A DNA stretch of 63,302 nucleotides, the filler included, from Craspedostauros australis (taxonomy: Eukaryota), in the NCBI GenBank assembly GCA_030167865.1. It is 13 parts of 12 records of this genome, joined end to end, with 100 filler letters (N's around TTAATTAATTAA, not from the genome) between each part and the next. Parts side by side here need not be neighbours in the genome. Positions count along the whole stretch, not along the records: positions 45,107 to 60,671 come from JALAGF010006177.1; positions 60,772 to 63,302 come from JALAGF010006178.1; 11 more parts are not named here. One strand, given 5' to 3'. The first letter of the stretch is position 1. Each line of letters begins with the position of its first letter. Under the pieces are notes generated by a model. The model saw only the letters and a program-made list of their open reading frames with translations. It made no database searches and was not told the DNA's origin. Below are positions 49,501 through 61,245 of the stretch, piece by piece. A program made the translations under genes and the position numbers.

Positions 49501-50129
49501 AATCCTACTTCGAGGTGTGCCAGCGGTTCGTCCTGTACTGTCCAGCCGCGTTGCTCCACAACGAACAGCTCCCGACCATCCTCGAGCTCGCCATCCAGTC
49601 CATCGCCGGTTGCGGCGGTGAGCAACGATCCACGCGCGCGGCGCTCGGCTTTCTGAGCCACTTCTTTGGCTGGCAGAGTCTGCGGCTATCGCAGCACGCC
49701 CAAAGCATGTTCTCAGCTTCAGCGAACAGCGTGAACGAGCAGCTGGCGGCGAACGGGCCCAGAGTAGTGCAGGAATGCGTCGCATCGCTGGCCGGCGGAC
49801 CGCAGGCATTGTGGCCCGCCCTGAGCGATTGCGTGATCTCCATCGTGACGGCCGTGATGAATGCCTCGCCGGCCGAGAATGAGACGCCGGCGCATCAGTG
49901 GTTGCGGCAGGCAATGATGCAGGCCGGCGGTGGCAGTGACAGTGGTAGCAACGGTGGTGGCAGGATGAGCGAGGAAGTGTGCCAGCAGATCCTGGGCCTG
50001 CTGACGCACTTGTTGAAGCAGGAAGGGTTGAAGGGACGGAACAAGGCCAAGGTGCTTCTGTCGGACTTTGCTCGTATCTCCAGAGGGGAGATGGGTTCCG
50101 ACATGCTATTGAATTACATCCAACAATAG
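46548..50129 (+). CDS. Importin-beta family HEAT-repeat protein, transportin-SR (TNPO3/MOS14)/importin-13-like
   Basis: 1193 aa all-helical ORF; IBN_N-like start (RSQASKFLEEW..DAW), 'FEELRRMIPDVL..SYY..WTALEA', 'PDLIQSYFE..RFVLYCP'. Confidence 0.82.
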   Translation: MASTATPGTTGAAGTTSTIEVQQAQQNVANAALALVQPTTDAATRSQASKFLEEWNATKGPDAWVIYSRWLSSFRTQEPAIAPEQMGMQLLCLTMLQSRVRSMLTVHQRAQQTESRDAIQAVQNDLWQLLRHLSQLMASTAAATASASTPTTHTTHNAGTNHPQIAIIAPCCNCIVGLTVRCGDTAQFVHTLVSPDAAASHHGLIPELCIRLLGSLPRQIEDAYGAPSHISASADLQSSPMAVQELRHHLAPVLVVLRQGMMSGDGVIMLTSLQALREWNSTCHVTLSELNMQGHSEADQTAISTLSLLIQLLSVENPLPPSPSQTRQQQDEHNKLRPQVWQAASQALCEALMIPSDHLTPLRQTAAGSIYTAIHQQGMIRTPLQVCTQQINNGGGGGVDDSWEDSVRDLGMLLCTFVLEELDDVIQQPAENCLTLLLELTSHPQTPVVLNVLDVWLAVLEMEVAQRHANWRGPLFDDVCNRLLRRMSLPATFTTWEEELDLDSSSFEELRRMIPDVLVASYYLSRVFTLRVLGLPIQELAEGKQQHHWTALEASFTALADIAKDVSSRVSGQGGSQNMAQDRQATGQYLLGILRFALSLRPSDIVQQHNVLLLVSIVKFCGAYAVAWRTLAEQQANDGNINGNGNASSNANGSVNGAQSPLQLIIPLLDYLRLCLPLASFQAAKAIRAIYVACFCKSKWLANASSSASSAPTAAATGTGTTNPMISAVVTNIRETLPIALSTGDADTMTAVAEGATRVITQITDPTALQQALSNDLFRPVVAYIEQVANSIPIDPSSVAAASPGNDNGHDHPDALLQDKLDSLSSLFGVVQSIVRFCDASPVPGMGEWVLTNCAALLDGVVPRVSKYPHMLLAKYVAIHQQLLKSAATNRQTIAPVFTKTVSFIIEAFSHTFESTCLAYIATAVEVFGPPPQASSHDPNDPHGSNAAAMVTYDQSFKDLWNHVTAIFGKHLSNNLVEHNPDLIQSYFEVCQRFVLYCPAALLHNEQLPTILELAIQSIAGCGGEQRSTRAALGFLSHFFGWQSLRLSQHAQSMFSASANSVNEQLAANGPRVVQECVASLAGGPQALWPALSDCVISIVTAVMNASPAENETPAHQWLRQAMMQAGGGSDSGSNGGGRMSEEVCQQILGLLTHLLKQEGLKGRNKAKVLLSDFARISRGEMGSDMLLNYIQQ

Positions 50130-50649
50130 AGAGCACATCAGCATGATGGCATGATAGTACTCGGCGTCGTTGCTTTCGTTCTTGTAGCTCGTACGCCGCA
50201 AACATGGAATGTTGGATGTGGTGGAAGTTTACCAATGGAGGAGAGTCGTTGAAGGTTGTGATGATTCAATGTTATCTCCGGACAGTTGGAGTGCGAGAGA
50301 ACAGTGCGGAGGAGCTTGTATTCGTGCCAAAGAGGAGAACTCGCGTTTTGTTGTTGAAAAGACACGATTGGCTGATGGGCCTGTGCAGGATTCGCCATCT
50401 TGTTGATGGATCGCACACAAACAAGACGAAGGTCCGAACGAGAATTACGGCACAGAGCGGCGCATAGATCGTACCAATGGCATTCGTGTATTGAGCAAAC
50501 TGAGGAAGAAGAGCAACATCCCAGGCTGCATCACATTCATGAGACAGATGATCCATCATAGTCGTAGGCAGCACGACGGAAGTTGAACAAGCAAGCAAGC
50601 ATCAATCGCACAGTCCATGCAATATACTCGTAGTGTGAGCTGCAGAACC

Positions 50650-51582
50650 ATGACGCTAACCCAACGCTCCGGCTCACAAATACAGAGAAGCAATGCAAGC
50701 CAAGACGACAGGGCAGCACAGATACGAACAAGCAGCAATACAAGCAACAACATGCCCACAGCATCCACAGACGAAGTCCAGCCCAACGCTCACAGCAACA
50801 TGAGCGCATGGCAACGCCTCGCGATCCTGGCGCTCATTGGCGTGCCTGCGTTGCTGTATTCCAGGTTCGGCAAGGCCAGCGCCGTCGTCGAAGATGCTGC
50901 CGACAAACCGCGGATGCCCGAACCAAGAAACAACGCGCGCATGATCACGCACGAAGAATTGGCAAAGTACGTGCATTCGTCTTCATTGCATTCGAGTATC
51001 AGAGCGAAGGATGCGGTGTGCCGCGATGATATTGCGCATTGGAGTTTGCATTGGCAGCTTCCGACTCACCCTCCACTTTCTTTCTTTTTCCATTCCACCA
51101 TACTCAATTGCCACGACATAACATGGCACGACATAACATGGCACAACATGATATGATATGACACATCGCCGCGCAGATACGTGGACCCCGAAAATGAAGG
51201 CAAGGACATCTGGCTGTCCATCATGGGCGAGGTGTACGACGTCACCAACGGCCGCGACTATTACGCCGGCAAATCGGGATACGCGGTGTTTGCGGGACGC
51301 GATGCCAGCGTGCCATTCGTGACGGGGACTTTCACGAAGGAGGAATCGAAGAAGACCACGGATGGCGTCAAGCCGGGCGATCTGGATGCTTTGATTGATT
51401 GGAGGAAGTTCTACGAGGACGAGGACAAGTACGAGTTCCAGGGGTATCTCATCGACGAGCGGTGGTACACGGAGGATGGCAAGCGCACGCCGCATCACGA
51501 GAAGCTGCTGAGGCGCGCGGAAGAGTGGGAAGTGGAGAAGGCCAGGAAGAAAGCCGAAAGAGCGGCGAGGTCCAAGAAATGA
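50650..51582 (+). CDS. Membrane-anchored cytochrome-b5-like heme/steroid-binding (MAPR) protein; intron 50967-51176
   Basis: TM helix, then ITHEELAK|YV..IWLSIMGEVYDVTNGRDYY..GYAVFAGRDASVPFVTG..W.KFY..KY.F.G.L; the GT..AG intron restores the frame. Confidence 0.92.
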
Positions 51583-51936
51583 GCGTGCCATCATCAGTAG
51601 TATCATGATTGGTCACAGCAGCACCAGCAGCTGCCACAAAGACATCATGGTGTCTTCATCCTCGGGAAAAACTGGGTGCGAGAATTGCCTGCATGTATTG
51701 TTAGTACATGGCTACGCACATTATATCGAATGGCAATACGGTGCAACCAAACCACACGAGGACGCCATGTCGCAACACTCGACTCCCAACTCAAAACGAT
51801 GACTTTATCTCTCTTAGTATTACTCGTAGTGTACAATACGATGGTGGGCGGCGGCGCATCTACACATCCACATTTACTTGCTTGCCTGCCTGCCTGCCTG
51901 CCTACCTGGTTGTCGACCTATTCTCAACCATTTGTC

Positions 51937-53278
51937 TCAAAGCCCCAGGAACGAATCTTCATCGGCGTCATCATCCAATAAAAAGGAGTCCATCAAGGCA
52001 CCTACGGAGGATTGGCTCTTCTCATCTCCGAGCGACAATCCGTCGTCCATGTCCAGATCGTTGTAGATCTTGAGATCGTCCGCGAGGTCCAGCAGCTCGT
52101 TCAACGCCGCCTCTGTTGTCCATGCATGTGAATGTAAGTGCAAATGGAGTCAGTGTGTATCCAATTAAAAACATTTTACAAAGAAGGATGAGTGAAATAC
52201 GTGTAGCGATACTTGCAGAAAACACAGGCACAAAATCACAACGAATAGCAGAGCAGAACACAGAGCAGAGATGCTGACACCGCGAAGCCTTCATTGATAC
52301 AACAGCCCAACAATCGTACGCACCATCTTGCTTCTTCAAGGACTCATCGATGGATGCTTCAACCTTGCGCTCCATGGCCTGTAGTTCGCGACGTTGCTGC
52401 TGCTGCTGCTGTTTCATGCGACGTTTGATTTTCATGGTCATCTCATCGTCACCATCGACGTCTTCTCCGGGAAGACCGTCATCGCGGCTGTCGTCTTGCA
52501 CCTTCAGTTGCTGCTGCCATGTGCGTCCTGCCGGGAATTCCACATCCGCCAGCACGTCAATCGTCTTGCGTGGAAAGCCGGGTGTGGTGGTGGCGACGGC
52601 CTGAACCTGTGGGGCGAACTGGATGACCAGGGGTTTGTGCGATTTGGTGAGATTCTTCGTCTTGCCGAGGCCGCTGTTGCCATTGCTCGCAGTAGACGAT
52701 ATCTGCTTTGGAATGTCGAAGTCAACAGCCTTGCGCCGTGGATTTGAGATGACCGACTTGGAGGGTCCCTGCTGAGATCGTAAAGACATTCCGAGTGCCT
52801 TCTTGCTTTGTCCCGACGATGGACGTTGCATGCCTTGCTGCTGCTGAGGCTTGAAGGCCTTCAATGTCTTCTTGTTCTTCGACGATGCCGCTCCAGCATT
52901 CTCATCGTTCCACAGCAGCTGAAGTGGCTGCACCTTCATTACATTGGACGAGGAGGACTTGAGTCCTTTGGACGCCGACTTGGAACCTGACTTGGAAGAC
53001 GAGAATGGCTGGCGACCACCGCCGCCACCGCCACCATTGTTGGAGATATCGCCCAAGGCACGTCGTCGTCCTGTGCCGGGCGTCTTCGCTGATTTGAAGA
53101 CGGACGCGTTCTTGCCACCGCCATTGCTGTTGCCCAGCGCCTTGAGCGACTTGGCCGGAAGCAGATTCTCATTATTGGAATGAAACGAACCGCCATTATT
53201 GCCATGGCGCATCTGCATCTGCGTTTGGCCACGCGTGTGCATGGTCGATGGCGTCAGGCTCGCGGATCGGTGGAACAT
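51937..53278 (-). CDS. Disordered APC/C-degron protein, securin/PATRONUS-like; intron 52113-52323
   Basis: D-box RRALGDISN, NEN and DEN motifs, basic N-half, DVEFP motif, acidic C-terminus after splicing (QD-EAALNELLD...DSFLGL*). Confidence 0.7.
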
Positions 53279-53926
53279 GATGCCTTTCTTGATTGATGGG
53301 GAAGTGTCCTAATTGGTTCTCTGCTCGATGCTCTGCTCGATGCTCTGCTCGATTGAAGTGGAGCTCTTCGAGTAGGCTTTGTCGTCAAGGCAAGGTCTGA
53401 CGATGACGATGATCTTGCTCCTCTCTCTCCACGATGATGATGTTGATGGTGTTGATGATGATACTGTGATTGATGATGTCCTTGTTGTTGATGTTCCCCC
53501 AGTTGATGTCGTTCTCTTGTGTTTGAAATGGTCAGCACGGTTTCCATGTCCCGAATTTCGGCGATCAATCGTCGTCCGCGCTTTCAACGACCGAATCGGC
53601 AACGTCATATAACCGTTACGGTTAATTTATTGCACTGTCTCTTGTTTGAAAAAGATATGATCGAGGTGGTCGTGCCGAAATGTGTGACATCAGTAATTCC
53701 CGATTGTACGGGATTGAACCAAAATAGAGTACAGAAACAACAAATACCCCCCTATCGTCAACGTGGCAAGCGCATGATCGATCACTCCTGAGCGTTACAG
53801 GAGCACGTTACTTTTGGGACTACGGGGAATTTCGACATGGTCGATACACGTTGGTTGTTCATGCTGGTCAATCGAAACAGGATCACGAAGCGCGCGGAGC
53901 CAAGCAAGGAGTGATTCGCGCTTTGC

Positions 53927-54050
53927 GGACCCCTTGAGCAAGTTGACCTACACCTTGAAATGGACATTCTAACTTTTATCTGCAATATACAAATCAAGCA
54001 TATATTTGTAATACTTGTAATCTCCTTTTCAACAAACAATCAATAATATC
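53927..54050. mobile_element. Terminal fragment of the long-TIR family, cut by a family-C insertion
   Basis: GAGCAAGTTGACCTACAC...CAAGCATATATTTGTAATACTTGTA aligns to 33413-33500. Confidence 0.7.
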
Positions 54051-54609
54051 TGTTGGAAATCCGAGGTGACCCAGTCTCTAGTATAGTATCTGATTACCTA
54101 TTCCTGTTGTTGCATTGTTGGAACTGTGAGCACAACATCTCCATCTCTTTCAATTCCATTTGCTATAGCATACATAATCCACAGTAGCACACAGTCTTGC
54201 CTTTGCTCATGCAGTGCTGTCTCCTGCTTCATCATGTCATGCAGCATGTACTTCATGTACATTTCATCTTGCAGTATCGATGCATCTCATCATGTGCTTC
54301 ATCATGTATCTCAGTAGTTTCAATTTGCTCTACATTTGTGCAGTACATACTGCAGTCATGCATTCATCTCATCACAGGTTTCGTCTTGATCCTGTGCCAT
54401 TCTTGATTCCACCTGTTTTACGATTGGTCGGTTTTGATTGCTTTTCTGAAGGCTTTTCTGATCTTGTCCATCAGGAGCACGTGTTGCATCTCTTCACATT
54501 TGTTTCTGTTTCTCCAAGTGGGATATAATTCCTACCCACTGCCCCTGCACCCCTTCTGGTTAGACCTTACCAACCAAGAGGGTGTCTTGTTGGTTTGGGT
54601 CAGGACATA
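54051..54609 (-). mobile_element. Family-C element right part, cut by an A LTR
   Basis: TGTTGGAAATCC.. and ~300 bp match to 17031/17819-18000 and the reverse complement of 13170-13464; diverges further in. Confidence 0.8.
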
Positions 54610-55392
54610 TGTCGAGATGTACATGTGAGTACATGTCAAGATGTACGTGTATATGTGCATCGTTCACCCGTTATTCTCTCATACGCACTTGGACGGTATA
54701 ACTACACTCGTGTCAANNNNNNNNNNNNNNNNNNNNNNNNNNNNNNNNNNNNNNNNNNNNNNNNNNNNNNNNNNNNNNNNNNNNNNNNNNNNNNNNNNNN
54801 NNNNNNNNNNNNNNNNNNNNNNNNNNNNNNNNNNNNNNNNNNNNNNNNNNNNNNNNNNNNNNNNNNNNNNNNNNNNNNNNNNNNNNNNNNNNNNNNNNNN
54901 NNNNNNNNNNNNNNNNNNNNNNNNNNNNNNNNNNNNNNNNNCCTACTGACGTTGACAGGATGTCATCATGTCACCACGTTGACATCTGTCTCCAAGTCAG
55001 AGCAGGAGGCGAAGATCCGATGACCGGAGAGGATCAGCATCATGGATACTGAAGATGAACTTCAAATGGTAAGTACTCATGGAGTAGGAACCAGTACTGA
55101 ATGAACGGAGTGTTGAATGCGGAGTACGCATCGAACACGGAGTATCGTGTAGCACGAGCACACGATGTTGAGAGAGAGAGAATACAGAGAGGAGCGAGAG
55201 AGCATCTCGCATACCGACTCATAGTCGGAGACCGAATCTACGAAACAGATTGAAGCGCCGAGAGCATCGGGCAAGACAACTGGCGTACACCGAAAGGATT
55301 GGAGTAACCAACTAATGAAATAGCAAACGAACGACTATCAACCAACACCATCTTCCACGATCGTAGGTTACCGTGAGCGGAACTTGCCAACA
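54610..55392 (+). mobile_element. Family-A LTR without internal domain
   Basis: TGTCGAGATG...GCCAACA; N gap inside; no TSD (ACATA/AAGGT). Confidence 0.92.
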
Positions 55393-55865
55393 AAGGTGGC
55401 CAGCTCCATGTGGCAGCATGCCAACAACGCGAGGTCAGACAGATGGCTCTGAGACAGGGACTCCTAGTCCAGGATTGGATATCTCGGCAGCAGGAGTTCT
55501 TGCAGCAGCAGCAGTCCAGGAAATCAGCAGCGAAGTGGGCGAGGCAACTGATCTGACGCATTTGGCACATCGCTTGGGATCAGTGGGCATCGCGCAATGA
55601 AATCCAATTCGAAGGTCCAGATTCGGCCGAAGCTGAAATGATTCGGTCCCTGCAGGATAGGGCAAAATCACTTCGGCTTCGCCTTGGACAGGACTACGCA
55701 ACGCATCAGCGACTTCTGCAAACAGCGCCGGGTGAAGAAGCGGCGACAGCGCAAATCGCGGTGTGGGTGGAGCAAGCAACACTAGCATTTCATGAGCCGG
55801 CCACCTCCGGCGCCCTGCTCAAGTGGCTTCAGCGTCGCAGAACCGCGCACCCAGACTTCGGTTAG
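55393..55865 (+). pseudogene. 3' remnant of a non-LTR retrotransposon ORF (L1/Tx1/Ambal-type C-terminus)
   Basis: Frame reads GLLVQDW...KWARQLI*RIWHIAWDQWASRNE (WxxWxxRN motif) and continues into ORF 55638-55865. Confidence 0.65.
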
Positions 55866-55916
55866 AGATGCAGACAGCTTCGGCGCCCCAGACATACGTA
55901 TTACGTACACGACAAC

Positions 55917-56670
55917 AGTTGAAGTTCATCTAAAGAACGGACTACTTTTCACTCAGTGTGTTCCTTGTCGCACCTTGAAATTATTTTGGCGCGAAATTTT
56001 GGCGCGAAACCTCCCACCAACAAATACGGAACAATCGCTCTTTTCCCTCCTTCTCCCACACTCATTCATGAATCACCACTGACTCAAACACTATCCGAAG
56101 TCAATGGGATCAAGATACCCTGGGAACTATGTGCTCTCCTGAACTATTGTAATGCAGCCAACATGAATTCCGTTGTCAGCTAAACAACCTGACAACCTTG
56201 CATGACAACAGCCAAGAGATCCTTCCTGCTTCAACACACGCAGGGAATCTTACATCAATTCCTGCGGCCTGACAACCTGTGTTCTCGATCCCAAAACCTC
56301 AATCAAGGTGTCAAGGCTTAGTACTCGAACGTAGAACGACTACGATGAGATACTGGAGAAAGAGAGAAAGAGAGGACCCNNNNNNNNNNNNNNNNNNNNN
56401 NNNNNNNNNNNNNNNNNNNNNNCACCATTCAGACCGACTATCGTTTCTTCATCCTACATCTCAAACTGATCAACTCACAATGCAGACTATTCAAATAACT
56501 AATAGCACAACTCAAGATCAGCACTACAACACTAATCTACTCCATTGTCACATACTACTAATCTCCAGACGGTCGCCACACGTTGACTTCACCATCAGAT
56601 TCTTTGAATCTGGCAGTCAGCTAGGCCATCCCTTCCGGATCGTGTCACAACAGCACACGAAAATCCAACT
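55917..56670 (+). mobile_element. Family-B solo LTR, AGTTG...CAACT, 5-bp TSD ACAAC
   Basis: ACAAC at 55912-55916 and 56671-56675; colinear with the reverse complement of 2052-2814. Confidence 0.92.
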
Positions 56671-56794
56671 ACAACACACAGATTCCGTGCTCCCTTCGCG
56701 CCAGGCGCGAAGTTGAAAGGAGGCGGAGAAAAGCGCCATCGGCGCAGCCTCATAAGAGGGTTTAATCTTTGCGTTTCTTGTTTTTATTTTTGTT

Positions 56795-57889
56795 TTATTT
56801 GTACTCATCATCAGTACTATCACTCTCGGCTCTCCCACTGCAAAACACGTGGATCTCCCTCATCAGTTGGGGCTGTGGAATTAGTTTGCCGAAATCTGGA
56901 TGAGTGAAGATATCTTTCTCACTTTCAGCTGCCATTCTCATTGCGGTATCCTTCAACACCACACAGTTGTGTTGATTGGCGAATATCAACACATCTATCA
57001 TGGTGTCCTCTGTGAGATGCTTTCGAGCCAACTCCACTTCAAGAACAAGCTTGAGTCGCCAGAAGCCGAACTCGTTGGCCACAAGGATCAGCTGGTGCAG
57101 ATCATCCTGTCCAGTGAGGGTGGGAGTTGGCTGGTGAGAGGCATCATCGCCAGCGTAGTCATGAGTGTTGTTGTTGAAGGATATCTCGCCTGTGTAGATG
57201 CATTGGAGGACGTATCGGACGTGTTTTGGTTGAAAGTTGAGAAGAGGGATGGTTACTTGCATTGGGGCCGCGTCGTCTTCGGTGTCATCATTCGCGTGCT
57301 GATGTTGGATTCCTTTGTCGATCAGTGTCTCAACGGAGGGGACATTGATCATGAGGACTTCGGAGTTTGCTTTGATTGACTGTTGGTCGTCTCCTTGTCC
57401 ACACAAGAAGATGGTGTCTGGCCTGTTCTCGGTTTGGAAGGATCTGTGCTGGTCCTCTCCAATGCTGATCTTGAGATGTTGTTGTAACTGCCATTTCGGT
57501 TGTTCGGTCTCCAGGTGGCCATTGTAGCATGCATCATGAAGGAGCGCGTTTCCATAGTTGCTTTGGCAGTTGATGTTGCCCTCACATGATTCGATGAGGT
57601 ACTTCACACACTCCAGCTTGCCGTTGGAGCATGCGTGATGAAGGGGAGTGTTTCCAAAGTTGTTTTGGCAGTTGATGTTTGCCTCACATGATTCGATGAG
57701 GTACTTCACACACTCCAGGTGGCCCTCAATGCATGCCTCATGAAGGGGAGTGGAACCAGCCCCGTCTGTAACCTTGTTGACATCAACTCCTTCATTCTGC
57801 GTCTTGTTCTGCTTCTTCCATTCCTTCAACACTGACAAGTCGCCTGCCTTGGCAGCACCAAGGAGTTGTTCATTCGTGACATTCGGCAT
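56795..57889 (-). CDS. Ankyrin-repeat + BTB/POZ(-BACK) protein
   Basis: GSTPLHEAC..GHLECVKYLI, GNTPLHHAC..; BTB 'DTIFLC..IKANSEVL..VRYVLQCIYTG..LILVANEFGFWRLKLVLE'. Confidence 0.88.
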   Translation of the reverse strand: MPNVTNEQLLGAAKAGDLSVLKEWKKQNKTQNEGVDVNKVTDGAGSTPLHEACIEGHLECVKYLIESCEANINCQNNFGNTPLHHACSNGKLECVKYLIESCEGNINCQSNYGNALLHDACYNGHLETEQPKWQLQQHLKISIGEDQHRSFQTENRPDTIFLCGQGDDQQSIKANSEVLMINVPSVETLIDKGIQHQHANDDTEDDAAPMQVTIPLLNFQPKHVRYVLQCIYTGEISFNNNTHDYAGDDASHQPTPTLTGQDDLHQLILVANEFGFWRLKLVLEVELARKHLTEDTMIDVLIFANQHNCVVLKDTAMRMAAESEKDIFTHPDFGKLIPQPQLMREIHVFCSGRAESDSTDDEYK

Positions 57890-60800
57890 GTTGAGAGGAT
57901 GGTTGATGGTTGGTGGTCTTTTGGCGTTGGATTGGCTGTCGAGAAAGTGTGTTGTCTGAGCTATCTACTATGAGGCAGAGATATCGATGGTGTGTCTGCA
58001 ACAGCTTGTATTAGTATGAGTACCATGCACTGCGTGATGAATATGAGTGGCAATTCGATTTCTGTTGTCGATGTGCTGGAGTATGGGGTTGAGTGGTGAG
58101 TGTTGTTGTCTTGTTCGCATGGTCTCCTCCTTTTGTTTGCCTGTGTTTGTCTCCTTCTCTTCATCAAACGCGTCTGGTTCGTGTGGCTTGGATCTTTCTG
58201 TTCCCATCCATCACGAAAATGCGTGCGACCAACAACAAGAAAGAAGGACCACAAGGAGGTTGCGGTATTGTTGGGATATCGCACCGTATTTCGGACATTA
58301 TGCCGTATTGTCCGATTTTGAATACACATTGATCGTACTTTAGTTAACAGTTGTGCGCATATCGGACATTGTGAAATAGCACGTTATCCAACGTTGGTCC
58401 TACATCATGTTCGTTTGTCCGTTCAATGAATATCAGTTTTAGCCGGGACTCCTGGTTTCGAACTGCTGACCAAAGTAGGATGTGTTTCATGATTTCCACC
58501 ACAACATCAACAGCAACGCCATCATCTGATGTGTCGATTGATAGGAGTTCTCTGTGTGGCCAACTGTACTATGTCTGAAGGAACGCACATTGCCACCGCA
58601 CCAATGATTGCGTAGAATGATGCTGTGCCACAATCCATCGAGCAAGCAAATCGAGCGAAACGCAAAACGTCATGCAATCGGACCGTGGTTTTGCCGGACC
58701 AAAAATGTCTTNACACAACACAGAGGAAATGTCAAGTCAAACCGTACCCGCACAATGCTTGTATNATNNTTGAGTGAACNNCACAACAGCCATTGCATCA
58801 GTGGTTGGGGGAATGTCACTGTGACCGCCACGGCGCCATCACCTGCGGAAGCGGAGTTGCCCACGTAAACAGGCAACAACGACACCTGTGGGTGGAACAT
58901 CTTGTGCGACTGAGGACTGCAAAGCACACAACAGTGGTTGCAAAGGCAGCAGCGCGCTGTCGTGTTCATTGCTGTGTCTCGTGAGATGACTGCGCTTCAC
59001 CAGAATACTATTAATCGTGTCTAGAGTACAGCATTGTTGGAGAGAGGAGTGTTGCTCGTGGTCGTTCGCAGTCGTACCGCAAATGTAGTTGCCTGGTGAT
59101 ACACCTGTCTGGTAATCGATGTTGCTTGTGATGTTGTGGATGATAGATCTTGCGCGCATCCCCCTTTCTGGTATTGGCATGATAGCGCCCAGTTCGTTGA
59201 CACATTCGTCGTTCAGGTCTTCCTGAGCTGCCCCCGTTCTGCGCCGAAATGACGTGCGCAAACAGGGATCGCCCACCACTGCTGACCTATGACTATTGAT
59301 AGAAAACAATGCAAACTACTTGGTCGTAAAGATAAAGCACTTTTTCTTCTGTTGGTTTGCCGTGACTGCCGTCGAATGTCAAACCGCAAGAGAATGTCAG
59401 TTTCTGTTCAACCTTGTGTGTGGCGAATCCTCCGCTGCGGTGATGGCGAGAGGTGGATGGTTAACTGTTGTGCTTCTTTGGTGAGCAACAGAACGGACAT
59501 GTGTCACGCAAGGACAACTCGTTTGCTACCGCGAGGATGATGAACATCGCTGCTTCGTTGATGTTGTGTATGCAGGCATGTTTCCGCACTAGACAGACAC
59601 ATGTGCGCTGTTGTGGCAAACAGTCACGTCGCTATGAGGTCCAGTCNACGTCGTACGACGTTGGTCGGACCAGCATGCACAGCAAGCTGATCAACATCCG
59701 ACGTCAGTATGCAATCAGCTGACAAACATCATACATTGGTATGATGTATGTCTGACATGTGAATGACGTAATTGACATTTTTGCAAGGAGTAAGGCTAAT
59801 CACACCAATTTAGACACCCCCTGTAGAGATAACTATAATATTAATGGGAACAAAAGCGCCACTACGTGATAGGGGAGACCTCCTTTGGTCATTCTATGTG
59901 TATAGTTGCGAACTAATCATTCTGAGTGATCGCAGAGGGGGGTGGCAAGTTGCGCCTTCGAAACATGGAAAAANNNNNNNNNNNNNNNNNNNNNNNNNNN
60001 NNNNNNNNNNNNNNNNNNNNNNNNNNNNNNNNNNNNNNNNNNNNNNNNNNNNNNNNGGTTGTTGAGATGACATGATCCGACGGAGGTACGACTTTGGTCG
60101 GATGTTGCAACGACATCGTCTTCCCCACGCAGTGTGTTGGAAAGGCGCGGCACACTGACATTCCACGCGTTCAAGAAACACGAAGCAGCAGACAGCCAGT
60201 ATCCCACAACACGTGCATGAACTTGACACCGGCTCGATGGTAACAGACAGAAGTGGTGGTCGCTGTACGAACTGGTGTTGGCGAAGAATGACTGTCTTTC
60301 TGTACATTGACGTACTAAGTTGGAATTTTGTTCGCAGATGTACGACTACGAGACATTTGTCATGGTCACAACAGGTGCTTGTGACAACACTTATTTCCAT
60401 TGCGTGTATCTCCGCTACCATCAATGCCCACACATAATGACCATCAGCAAGGAACAAATTATGTGACGAACATGTTTGTTCGGCACTACAACGTGGTGCG
60501 CTTGCATTGTGTGTTATGTGTGATGTGGTGTGTGTTAGCAACAAGACCTGTTCAGACGCCCTTTCTCATGTGGTCGTGTAATCATGAAATCTCACATCGA
60601 CAATGTCGAAGCCACAGGGAATCTACGAACATGTAGTGTGCCTGTGAATCGGTGACTTCCGCGAACTGTTGNNNNNNNNNNNNNNNNNNNNNNNNNNNNN
60701 NNNNNNNNNNNNNNNTTAATTAATTAANNNNNNNNNNNNNNNNNNNNNNNNNNNNNNNNNNNNNNNNNNNNTCTGTCTGGTTGCGAAGTACGTTTCGAAC

Positions 60801-61245
60801 AAAACGCAAATGGAAATTCGAAGTTTTCGAAGTCATGCCAGTCTATTTTTACGGTTTGGCCAAACTGCTAAAAAGAGAGTCTGTCGCAGTACATGCTCAT
60901 GATTGAGCGTTTTGGTTGTGTGCCACGTCATTTTATCTCGGACTAACTATGGGTTCTTCATGAGATACTATGATTGAGGTTGGAGTTACGGCCGATACCA
61001 CGAAGGCATGGTACTTTTCGAAGTGTTGACCCGAAACTTCGAAAAGAAGAGAATGCTCAATTCTCAGAACGTGTCACAAACGACGTTCTGAACTCTTCGT
61101 TCGCGTTCCTCCAATGTCTTGGAGTCATGTTTTTCGTTTTCTACTTAACGCTGCTGTGTTAAAATTCTCCGAAAATGGCGTCTATTCCGGACTTCTTCCA
61201 GCCCAATTTCGGGGTCCCATGCGGGAATCAGAATCAGACAAAGAC

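Noticed and set aside
55917..56670. Polinton/Maverick origin of the AG...CT termini
   Set aside because: TSD is 5 bp, there are no long TIRs, and a copy is followed by PBS and gag, which indicates an LTR.
58400..60671. Many short ORFs and weak similarity to 19930-20200
   Set aside because: No coherent frame, termini or alignable block that I can establish by eye.
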